Shown here: in pieces, positions 8,740 to 16,440 of the stretch
Layout of the letters: each line of letters opens with the position of its first letter
Numbering within the stretch: position 1 is the first letter of the stretch
From: Deltaproteobacteria bacterium
Lineage (GTDB): Bacteria > Desulfobacterota > DSM-4660 > Desulfatiglandales > B25-G16
Assembly (NCBI GenBank): GCA_019310725.1
Contig: JAFDDT010000049.1
Coordinates: forward strand, 1-56,608
DNA: 56,608 nt
Direction: 5' to 3'
Notes under the pieces: generated by a model
Databases searched by the model: none
Told to the model about the DNA's origin: nothing
The model's input: the letters and a program-made list of their open reading frames with translations, nothing else
Position numbers and translations under genes: made by a program

Positions 8740-9597
8740 ATGGATCCCCAAACATTTTTCAAAAAGCTTGATCGTATCCCCGACATCCCAACCCTGCCGA
8801 CTATTGTTATCAAGGTAAACAAGATGCTTCAGGACTACGACGCCTCCATCAAAAAGTTGAGTGAAATCATAGAAAAAGACCAGGCTATGGTCACCAGAAC
8901 TCTCAAACTTGTCAATTCCACCTTTTATGGGTTTAGCTCTAAGATAACAAACATAAACCATGCCGTTATCATACTGGGTTTCAATACCATCAGGAATGCC
9001 ATCGTTTCAGTGTCCATTATAAAGGCATTCTCCGGGGAAAAGACCCTTGAAGGATTTGAGATCAGAGACTTCTGGAAGCATTCCATTGCCGTGGCAGTGA
9101 CCAGCAGGCACCTGTCTGAACAAACCAAACTTGATTCTCCAGATGACTGTTTCGTTGCGGGCCTTTTGCATGATATCGGCAAGGTAATTCTCTCGCAGCA
9201 TTTCACCGAGCTTTTTACCCAGGTGTGGCATACAGTCAAAGAAAACGGCGTATCCTTCTATGAAGCGGAGCAAAAGCTCTTACCGGTGAACCATGCCCAA
9301 ATCGCGGGGTACTTGACAAAGAAATGGCAATTTCCAGAGAGCCTGGTTGACTCCATCACCCATCACCATGCAGTCAGAGAAAGTGTATCCAGTCTTGATC
9401 AACTGCTCATCGTGCATACGGCAGATAGCCTTGTGAATAAATACAAAGCTGATTCAGAAATTCCCCCTCGTCTTTCTTCTATCGATCCTGAGGCAAAAAG
9501 GGTTCTGTTTCGCCAGGTGGAAACTGTTTCAGATTGGTTTCCGAATATAGCAACCGAAATCGAATCGGCCTGTGAGTTTTTTCTTAAAGAAAGCTGA
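8740..9597 (+). CDS. HDOD domain protein
   Basis: LPTLPTIVIKVNKMLQD, GLLHDIGKVIL and the later HHH region are typical of HDOD. The start lies 3 nt after the upstream stop. Confidence 0.8.
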   Translation: MDPQTFFKKLDRIPDIPTLPTIVIKVNKMLQDYDASIKKLSEIIEKDQAMVTRTLKLVNSTFYGFSSKITNINHAVIILGFNTIRNAIVSVSIIKAFSGEKTLEGFEIRDFWKHSIAVAVTSRHLSEQTKLDSPDDCFVAGLLHDIGKVILSQHFTELFTQVWHTVKENGVSFYEAEQKLLPVNHAQIAGYLTKKWQFPESLVDSITHHHAVRESVSSLDQLLIVHTADSLVNKYKADSEIPPRLSSIDPEAKRVLFRQVETVSDWFPNIATEIESACEFFLKES

Positions 9598-9606
9598 TTT
9601 GTTATT

Positions 9607-9646
9607 GGTTGAGTAGTCGAATGGTTGAGTAGTTAAGTGGTTGAGG
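9607..9646 (+). repeat. GGTTGAGT-type 16-bp repeat array (left arm of cassette 2)
   Basis: Units are GGTTGAGTAGTCGAAT, GGTTGAGTAGTTAAGT and GGTTGAGG. AATGGTTGAGT here is perfectly complementary to ACTCAACCATT at 10378-10388. Confidence 0.8.
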
Positions 9647-9664
9647 CCTTAAAGGAGGGAAGAT

Positions 9665-10048
9665 ATGTCTGAGGAATTAAGGAGTGATTTTCGAGACCTG
9701 GACGTATGGAAGAAATGTCGAGATATCAGGATAATGATATGGAAACTGGGCAAGAAACTTCCAGCCGAGGAAAAATTCAGATTGACCGATCAAATGATCC
9801 GAGCTTCCAGATCTTCCACAGCGAACATTGCCGAGGGCTATGGGCGGTTTCATTTCCAGGAAAACATTCAATTTTGCAGGCAATCTCGTGGCTCACTTTT
9901 TGAATTAATTGACCATGTGTTGGTAGCAGAGGAGTGTGAATACATTACCAGGGAAGTGAAAGAGGAATTGATTGGGCATATTACTGTCGCCATTCGCCTT
10001 CTCAATGGCTATATCAAATATTTAAGGACGAGAAAAAATAACGAATAA
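9665..10048 (+). CDS. Four-helix-bundle protein (23S rRNA intervening-sequence protein family, Avd-like fold)
   Basis: 127 aa. FRDLDVWKKCRDI, RASRSSTANIAEGYGRF and SRGSLFELIDHV are the hallmark motifs of this family. RBS AAAGGAGGG lies upstream. Confidence 0.85.
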   Translation: MSEELRSDFRDLDVWKKCRDIRIMIWKLGKKLPAEEKFRLTDQMIRASRSSTANIAEGYGRFHFQENIQFCRQSRGSLFELIDHVLVAEECEYITREVKEELIGHITVAIRLLNGYIKYLRTRKNNE

Positions 10049-10344
10049 ACCATTAAACACTAAAATACTTATCTTCAGACATCTGGAAAATTTGACCAAA
10101 ATTGGTTCAGTTAACATAGGATTTTGCCCCTGTAAGCTCTAATGATGCGTTGATGGAAGGGCTTGCCACTTCTAAGTCATTGATATTACTGGTTATATTT
10201 AAAACACAAAATAAGTAAGGGGCAAGTAGCTATGACAACTTCAAATTGTCAATTAAGTAATTGTTATTATTAAATATTTGGCAATCTCCCAAAAATGTTT
10301 AAATCCAAATTTCCAGTAGTCTGATCTTATGAAAATCGACCGGG

Positions 10345-10392
10345 ATTTCAACAACTCGACAACTTAACGAATCAACGACTCAACCATTGACC
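10345..10392 (-). repeat. GGTTGAGT-type repeat array in inverted orientation (right arm of cassette 2)
   Basis: The reverse complement reads GGTCAAT GGTTGAGTCGTTGATT CGTTAAGT TGTCGAGTTGTTGAAAT. Its outer 22 nt (ggatttcaacaaYtcgacaact) match 6221-6242 with one mismatch. Confidence 0.75.
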
Positions 10393-10412
10393 ACCCCAAC
10401 GGAGTGAGGGAA

Positions 10413-11240
10413 ATGGATGATTTCCAACATACAGTCCTGTGTGTGGATGACGAGGAGGCTATCTTGCATTCCTTGAAACGATTGCTCAGGAAAGAGGGAT
10501 ACCAGCTCCTTACGGCTACAAGCGCTGATGAGGGCCTGAAGATCCTTGAGGAGAATGATGTCCACCTGGTGATCTCAGATCAGAGGATGCCACAGATGAG
10601 CGGAACCGAGTTTTTTGCTGCTGTGAAAGAACAATATCCTGATACGATTAGAATTATTCTGAGCGGCTACACCGATGTGGACTCCATTACCGAATCAATC
10701 AACAAAGGCCATGTCTATAAATTCTTTCTCAAGCCCTGGAACGATCAGAGCCTAAAATTAGAGATCCGGCAGGCCTTGAATCAATATGACCTTATCCAGG
10801 CCAACAGAGGCTTGAATGAAAAGGTTCTGGAACAAAATGAAGCGTTAAAGAAAACCAATGAAAATTTGGAGACGCTGGTCAAGGAAAGAACCATGGAGCT
10901 TGAGATTCAAAATCAGGCCCTGGAATTATCACGTGCAATTCTGGAAGACTTGGACCTCCCTATAGTAGGTGTCAGTGCTGAAGGAACAATTGCGCTTTTT
11001 AATCGAGAGGCAAAATCCATATCCATAAACGGCAACAGCATTGAGATAGGCAAAGACATTAGTGATTACTTCTCAACGGATGCAAGAGACAAAATGGTCT
11101 CTGCACTCGAAACCAGCACAACCCAACTAATGAAGCAATATTCAATATCAGGGGTTTCCTACAATATCAATATTACACCTCTTAGCGGAAGGTTTATGGG
11201 CAAAGGCGTTATCGTGAGTCTAAAACAGGGAAACCGGTAG
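10413..11240 (+). CDS. Response regulator with C-terminal PAS-like domain
   Basis: REC domain (VLCVDDEEAILHSL, VISDQRMPQMSG, KPWNDQSL), then a coiled linker and a roughly 100-aa PAS-like tail. ATG 10413 has GGAG upstream; the ORF-track start is GTG 10404. Confidence 0.75.
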   Translation: MDDFQHTVLCVDDEEAILHSLKRLLRKEGYQLLTATSADEGLKILEENDVHLVISDQRMPQMSGTEFFAAVKEQYPDTIRIILSGYTDVDSITESINKGHVYKFFLKPWNDQSLKLEIRQALNQYDLIQANRGLNEKVLEQNEALKKTNENLETLVKERTMELEIQNQALELSRAILEDLDLPIVGVSAEGTIALFNREAKSISINGNSIEIGKDISDYFSTDARDKMVSALETSTTQLMKQYSISGVSYNINITPLSGRFMGKGVIVSLKQGNR

Positions 11241-11433
11241 TTTCGGTCTTGGCCATTGAAAGTCATGCGGAGATTGGCAGGCACGTTCGCACACCCGCCT
11301 TCAGGCCATACGCGGAGGCTTGGACCTTGCCGCTTTGCTGTTATCTGGTGAGGGACCGAACCTGAGAAAACCAAGCAATTATTTCCACGTCATCCGGTCC
11401 AGTGCATCTGATTTAGAATAAGTCTATGCCAGC

Positions 11434-12744
11434 ATGGAAACCAAACCAAAACAGTGTGTAGCATCGGGAAATTACGTTGTCAGTAGCAGAAAGAACGCAA
11501 TTTTGGAGGCCTATCTGGGAACCTGCGTCGGTGTGACGCTTTGCGATAGCCAAGCTAACCTCGGTGGATTGTCTCATTTTCTTCTTTCAGAACCTACCGG
11601 TCTTGACAAACCATGGAAACCTGCCACGTATGCAACAACTGGTCTGCCTGCCCAAAAAAACAGGCTCAAGGCCACTGTTGCGGGAGGTGCTCTGGTGGGC
11701 CGCATATCGAGAGAAGACCTTGACCTTGATATTGGTGGGAGGACAACCGATGTGGTCCAATCAATCCTGAGGAAGGAAAAAATACCTGTTTCTGAGGCTG
11801 AAACCGGTGGGTATTTTAGCTGCCGGCTCAGTCTCGATCTGCAGACCTTAAAAAGCTCGATTCAGCCTATTGAAAAGCAATTCTCTTCTCATAGAAAGGA
11901 TTTCAATAGTCCGACTTCTGATGAGATTTCCCACGCAATCCATCTTGTACGCCCTATTCCTCAGATAGCCCTGAAGATAGCCCGCATGATCCATAGCAGA
12001 ACCTATGACATGAGCAAAGTTGCCAGGGAGATCAAACAGGATCAAATCATAAGCGCCAGGGTCATCAGAATCTGTAATTCTGCCTTTATCGGCTTAAGGA
12101 AAAAAATTGATTCCATTGACAGAGCGGCGGTTATCCTGGGTGAAAAATTGCTTCTGCAATTGGTTATCGCGGCTTCCTTGGAACAGTTTTTTTCCGACTC
12201 TGGCGAGGGCTACTCTCTGTGCAAAGGTGGCCTTTTTCAGCACGCCTTGAGCACCGCAATGGTTGCCGAGGCACTGGCACAGTTTACCGGGAGCGCATCA
12301 TCCGACATAGCTTACACTGCTGGCCTGTTGCACGATATAGGCAAGGTAGTGCTGGATCAGTACATAGCGCCCATATACCCTTTCTTCTATAGACGGACTC
12401 AGGTAGATGAAATAGACCTCTGCGGGGCAGAAGAAGAGAAGCTTGGAATCACCCACCCTGCGGTTGGAGGGTTATTGGCTAAAAAGTGGGCACTGCCTCA
12501 AAACCTGACAGACACCATCAGGCATCATCATTATCCAGAGCAGGCAACTGTAGACCCTGAGCTGACGCACTTAGTATACTTGGCGGATTTGCTTATGAGT
12601 AGGTTTCAGGTTGGTCAAGAATTAGAATATATGAACATGGACACCCTTGCCATGCGCATGCAAAAGGTTGGGCTCACACCATCACAATTTCCGCGTATTG
12701 TAGATCTTATTCCTCAAAGGGTATTCGACGTTACGTTAAAATAG
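11434..12744 (+). CDS. CheD-like deamidase domain fused to HDOD domain
   Basis: The N-terminal 150 aa aligns by eye to CheD: LGTCVGVTLCD (catalytic Cys region), GGLSHFLLSEP (His region), KATVAGGALVG and IGGRTTDVVQSILRKEKIPVSEAETGG. The C-terminal 270 aa is HDOD (GLLHDIGKVVLDQY, HHHYPE). Confidence 0.65.
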   Translation: METKPKQCVASGNYVVSSRKNAILEAYLGTCVGVTLCDSQANLGGLSHFLLSEPTGLDKPWKPATYATTGLPAQKNRLKATVAGGALVGRISREDLDLDIGGRTTDVVQSILRKEKIPVSEAETGGYFSCRLSLDLQTLKSSIQPIEKQFSSHRKDFNSPTSDEISHAIHLVRPIPQIALKIARMIHSRTYDMSKVAREIKQDQIISARVIRICNSAFIGLRKKIDSIDRAAVILGEKLLLQLVIAASLEQFFSDSGEGYSLCKGGLFQHALSTAMVAEALAQFTGSASSDIAYTAGLLHDIGKVVLDQYIAPIYPFFYRRTQVDEIDLCGAEEEKLGITHPAVGGLLAKKWALPQNLTDTIRHHHYPEQATVDPELTHLVYLADLLMSRFQVGQELEYMNMDTLAMRMQKVGLTPSQFPRIVDLIPQRVFDVTLK

Positions 12745-12764
12745 ACTGAAGAAGTACCGTGGAA

Positions 12765-14252
12765 TTAAGCTCTGATCTTTCCCTGCTCATAAAGGCCAAG
12801 AAAAACCTTTGCGACCTTTGGATCAAATTGGGTACCCAGGTTTTCCTTTATAATCGCAACCGCAACAGCCTCTTGCAATCTTTTCCTATATGAGCGATCA
12901 GAGGTCAAGGCATCATAAACATCTGCTACCGCAAGAATCCTGGAAGGAAAGGGAATCTTTTCCCCTTTAAGCCTATCAGGATATCCGTTTCCATCCCACC
13001 TCTCATGGTGGTATTTTATTATCTTCTGTTCATCTGCCCAAATGCCAAAATGACCAATGATATTGCTTCCAATGGTGGGGTGTTTTTTTATAACATCATA
13101 TTCTCTATGGGTAAGCCGGCCAGGCTTTAAGAGGATTTTATCAGGAATCCCTATTTTTCCGATATCGTGCAGGTTACCAGAAACGGTTAACATCTCTATC
13201 TCTTCTTCCGAACACCCGATAGCCTTTGCAATTGACACAGCATAGCCTGTTACCCGTGCTGAATGCTTCTTGGTATATGGATCTCTGGCTTCAATAGTTT
13301 CCACACACGCATAAAGCGTAGAAAAGAGGTTTTCGTAGATATTTTCATAGAGGGCCAAGTTTTCTATTGAGAATGACGCCTTTTCTGCCAGAAAATTTAA
13401 AAAAAAGAGCTCCCTTTCTCCAAATCGACCCTTGCCACCTTTGATTAGTGAAATCAGCATACCAAAGACTCTGGACCTGATCTTGAGAGGAATTGCCATG
13501 ATGCTATCACTACCATCATCTTCTTCTATGAGGTAGGGGATTCCATCGTGTGCACCTTTCCTGACAATGGTTCCCTTTATATATTCAGCATCCATGGTGG
13601 CCTTATGCCGGTCTTTTACAAATGAAGAGATTATAACAGGCTCCTTTATCTCATGAGCAAATATACAGAAATGGGCTTCGTCGCAATCGGTTACTTCGCC
13701 ACAGAGATTTACCAAGGCAGTAAAGAGTTCTCTGCTCGTTGTTATCTGGTCTAACTGCTGGAGGATGAGATTTATGGTCTCAACTTCCTTTATCTTTTCG
13801 TGTAATTTTTGATTTACGCTCAGAAGTCTCTTATTTCGTTTGGCCTCCTCTTTCAGTATGATGTTGTCCACAAACAGGGAGCGTTCCCTCATAACCCTTT
13901 CAATCGTGAGGGGGAGTTGGCTTACCTTGATTGGTTTGGTTAAGAAATCTACCACTCCATTCTTTAAGGTCTTTATGGTACTGTCTATGGTAGGGTATCC
14001 AGTCATTACTACCACAGGGATTGTATTATCATAGCGGTGGATTCTCCTGGCCAGCTCCAGTCCGTCGAGCCTGGGCATGGAAAGGTCGGTAAAACAGCAG
14101 TCAATCTGTTCTCTCTTGATAATCTCGAGTGCCTCGAGGCCATCAGCTGCTGTTAACACAGTGTAATTTTTGCTAAGTTCCAGGTATTCCTTGAAAATAT
14201 CCAGAATCGTCTCTTCATCGTCCACCACGAGCACCTTCAACTGTTCCTTCAT
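12765..14252 (-). CDS. Response regulator with GAF-like and HD-GYP domains
   Basis: REC domain (VLVVDDEETILDIF, FTDLSMPRLDG, KP), a central roughly 150-aa GAF-like region, and an HD-GYP domain (NLHDIGKIGIPD, HHERWDGNGYPDRL). Confidence 0.8.
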   Translation of the reverse strand: MKEQLKVLVVDDEETILDIFKEYLELSKNYTVLTAADGLEALEIIKREQIDCCFTDLSMPRLDGLELARRIHRYDNTIPVVVMTGYPTIDSTIKTLKNGVVDFLTKPIKVSQLPLTIERVMRERSLFVDNIILKEEAKRNKRLLSVNQKLHEKIKEVETINLILQQLDQITTSRELFTALVNLCGEVTDCDEAHFCIFAHEIKEPVIISSFVKDRHKATMDAEYIKGTIVRKGAHDGIPYLIEEDDGSDSIMAIPLKIRSRVFGMLISLIKGGKGRFGERELFFLNFLAEKASFSIENLALYENIYENLFSTLYACVETIEARDPYTKKHSARVTGYAVSIAKAIGCSEEEIEMLTVSGNLHDIGKIGIPDKILLKPGRLTHREYDVIKKHPTIGSNIIGHFGIWADEQKIIKYHHERWDGNGYPDRLKGEKIPFPSRILAVADVYDALTSDRSYRKRLQEAVAVAIIKENLGTQFDPKVAKVFLGLYEQGKIRA

Positions 14253-14285
14253 AGAGAACCCTGCAATAAGAAGTTTTCGTTTTTT

Positions 14286-14957
14286 TCAGCCCCTCGGGCT
14301 GATCGAATCCAGGAGATGTTTCTTAAAGGCCCGAAATTCACCTTCAGTGAGCAACCCGTTTTTCTTTAAAGAAGACAGGGCTTGCAATTTGTCAATGTGG
14401 TTATTGGGAGGGTAATCTGGATTGTATAGATAGTGCAGGCTCGGCACATTGGGTGAGAAAAAACTGATATTCGCTATCTCTTCATCTTCAAGCTTTTTTT
14501 CCTTGAGTGACATTAATTCATGGTAGGCGTCCTGAAGTTTCTTGAGTAATTCCTTATTTTCTTCGTTTAGCTTTATCTTATCTATGGCGTTATTAACAAC
14601 AACTCCTATCTCTTCAAGGTTACATGGTTTCCTGATATAGTCGTAGGCCCCCTCCTTTATCGCCATTATAGCTGTTTCCAATGACGCATACCCGGTAATG
14701 ATAACAACAACTACATCTGGATTGACCTTCTTGGCATATTTCAATAGATCCAGTCCGCCAACCCGGGGCATGATCAAGTCAACAAGAAGCAGGTCATAGG
14801 GAATTTTCTGTATCCGTTCAATGGCAGTTAGACCATCATAGCAGACGTCAACTAATCTTTCACTGTCCTCCGAGATAAGATCCTTTAAGATGTCTGCTAC
14901 AACCTTGTCATCGTCAACGATAAGAATGTTTATGTGCAGAGCATTCCTTTTTTTCAT
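14286..14957 (-). CDS. Response regulator with C-terminal SHOCT-like domain
   Basis: REC domain (ILIVDDDKVVADIL, LVDLIMPRVGG, KP). The C-terminus LSSLKKNGLLTEGEFRAFKKHLLD matches the SHOCT short C-terminal motif. Confidence 0.7.
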   Translation of the reverse strand: MKKRNALHINILIVDDDKVVADILKDLISEDSERLVDVCYDGLTAIERIQKIPYDLLLVDLIMPRVGGLDLLKYAKKVNPDVVVVIITGYASLETAIMAIKEGAYDYIRKPCNLEEIGVVVNNAIDKIKLNEENKELLKKLQDAYHELMSLKEKKLEDEEIANISFFSPNVPSLHYLYNPDYPPNNHIDKLQALSSLKKNGLLTEGEFRAFKKHLLDSISPRG

Positions 14958-14988
14958 CTATGAAGACATAGCTCCCGGCACCAGCCTT

Positions 14989-15339
14989 TTAGCCCCTTCG
15001 ATCAAACAAAAGGCCGACCATTTCGCCGAGCCTGGCCTCGAGATCTAATATCTCTGATGGAGGAATCTCCCTTATGACTTCACCCGTAGATTGCTCCCTC
15101 ACCGTTACCATAATATCACCAGAGGCCTCGTGAACGCTAAATTGCAGGTCCACATTATGAACCATACTGAGATTGTTCTGAATTTCAGCTACCGCCTGTG
15201 TCATACGCGATAAATCTGGCTCATCCTGCGGCTTTGCATTTCTCACGCTCTCCTGGCGTGTTGGCATTTCTGCAGGAAGCCTCGCCTGGGCCGGTGAAGC
15301 TAGGTTCTTCCCTGCTATGGTGACAGGTTTGACTAACAT
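14989..15339 (-). CDS. flaG: Flagellar protein FlaG
   Basis: 116 aa. DLQFSVHEASGDIMVTVREQSTGEVIREIPPSEILDL is the FlaG signature region. RBS GGGAGG. Sits in a flagellar context. Confidence 0.8.
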   Translation of the reverse strand: MLVKPVTIAGKNLASPAQARLPAEMPTRQESVRNAKPQDEPDLSRMTQAVAEIQNNLSMVHNVDLQFSVHEASGDIMVTVREQSTGEVIREIPPSEILDLEARLGEMVGLLFDRRG

Positions 15340-15418
15340 GTTAAAGACACCTCCCTTTTCTTTTAATCGGATATTACTGTAGAAACTTTAGGCAAAACAC
15401 GCTGCCCAGAACTAGTTC

Positions 15419-15880
15419 TTATCGTATGGTATCTAAAAACCTCGGGGTAGATTTTATCTTGTCCCGGTAACCCTTAGCAGCTTGCCTGACATCTTGAAGC
15501 TTGAGAAGCTCTGCTTTGATGTTCTCGCCTTCAACGCCGACCATAGCTATCAATTCTCGATCAAGAAGATCCACAGTTTCCATAATGTTTCTTAAACTCC
15601 TCAGATAACCATCAATCATTCCCTTACATTTCTCGGAAATATTATGAACCTTATCAGAGCTATCGCCCATAATTTTCTCCAGTGATGCGTCAATCTTCTG
15701 GATCTTATTAATGCACGCCTGCCGTTGGGAAATGGAAGCCCTTGGATCTCTTTCTTTCGCATGCGCAAAGATCTCATTCATCCGCTCTGTTATTGATAAG
15801 TATTGATCAAAAAAGGCGGTTTTCTTCTCCAAGAGAGAGCAAATTTCCTTTTCCAGATCCATGTCTTTCATATCCTCCAT
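15419..15880 (-). CDS. Hypothetical helical protein in the FliT/chaperone position
   Basis: All-helical and charged. It sits downstream of fliD-fliS, where fliT-like genes are found. The ORF-track start at 16000 would overlap fliS by 100 nt, so the model is trimmed to ATG 15880 (ATG 15862 has the better GGAGG spacing). Confidence 0.45.
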   Translation of the reverse strand: MEDMKDMDLEKEICSLLEKKTAFFDQYLSITERMNEIFAHAKERDPRASISQRQACINKIQKIDASLEKIMGDSSDKVHNISEKCKGMIDGYLRSLRNIMETVDLLDRELIAMVGVEGENIKAELLKLQDVRQAAKGYRDKIKSTPRFLDTIR

Positions 15881-15900
15881 CCTTACCGGGCGAAAGCCTG

Positions 15901-16344
15901 TTATGCACTGACGGTGCCTGAAGCCTGCCTGTTCTCCTGATAAAATACTGTCTTTTCTGTTGTAATCTCGCTGTCCCGTTGAAAAAAGATCTCCTCCCAT
16001 GCAGCCTTAAGTTCAGTGAGCATGCCGATAACCTCGTCAATGGCCCCCAGATCATTCTTCACATCTGCATGGATTATCCTCCTCAGCATGTAATTATAAA
16101 GAGAATCCAGACCTTTGGCTATAGAGCCACCCTTTTCAGAGTTGAGAGAGCATAAGAGTTCACAGATAATATCCTGAGCCTTATCAAGCGCCTTGCTCCG
16201 TGCCTCAAAATCCTCCTCGGCTATCCTCTGTTTCCCGATTTTCAGATTATCTATAGCCTCCTCATAGCACAGTATTATCAGTTTTCGGGGGTCCGCTGTC
16301 ATTACCTTTGTTCTGCGATAAGTCTGGATTCCGTTACTGTACAT
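15901..16344 (-). CDS. fliS: Flagellin-specific chaperone FliS
   Basis: YRRTKVMTADPRKLIILCYEEAI, AQDIICELLCSLN and LDSLYNYMLRRIIHA follow the typical FliS pattern. RBS AAGGAGG. Confidence 0.85.
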   Translation of the reverse strand: MYSNGIQTYRRTKVMTADPRKLIILCYEEAIDNLKIGKQRIAEEDFEARSKALDKAQDIICELLCSLNSEKGGSIAKGLDSLYNYMLRRIIHADVKNDLGAIDEVIGMLTELKAAWEEIFFQRDSEITTEKTVFYQENRQASGTVSA

Positions 16345-16413
16345 CTAATAACCTCCTTTTCTTATAATTTCTGTTGATAGCTGTTAGTTATATGGTTACT
16401 GCTCAGGTTGTCC

Positions 16414-16440
16414 GGTTCAAGGTTCAGGGTTCACGGTTAC
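16414..16440 (+). repeat. Heptamer microsatellite (GGTTCAN)x4
   Basis: Units GGTTCAA GGTTCAG GGTTCAC GGTTAC, read directly in the 440-bp fliD-fliS spacer. Confidence 0.7.

Noticed and set aside
9665-10048. Four-helix-bundle (Avd-like) gene as part of a diversity-generating retroelement
   Set aside because: No reverse transcriptase ORF and no template/variable repeat pair is visible anywhere in the 56 kb.
4295-10392. The GGTTGAGT-type repeat arrays as CRISPR arrays
   Set aside because: The units are only 16 bp, degenerate and directly contiguous, with no unique spacers. No cas genes are in the window.
11159-11770. ORFs 11159-11374 (minus) and 11564-11770 (plus)
   Set aside because: The first spans a gene end plus the GC-rich intergenic element. 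The second is an out-of-frame overlap of the CheD-like domain.
15881-16000. Long form of the FliT-position ORF (15419-16000), plus the 82-aa ORF 15807-16055
   Set aside because: The long form would overlap fliS by 100 nt with no RBS. The internal ATGs at 15880 and 15862 follow a GGAGG. The 82-aa ORF is an out-of-frame overlap of both genes.
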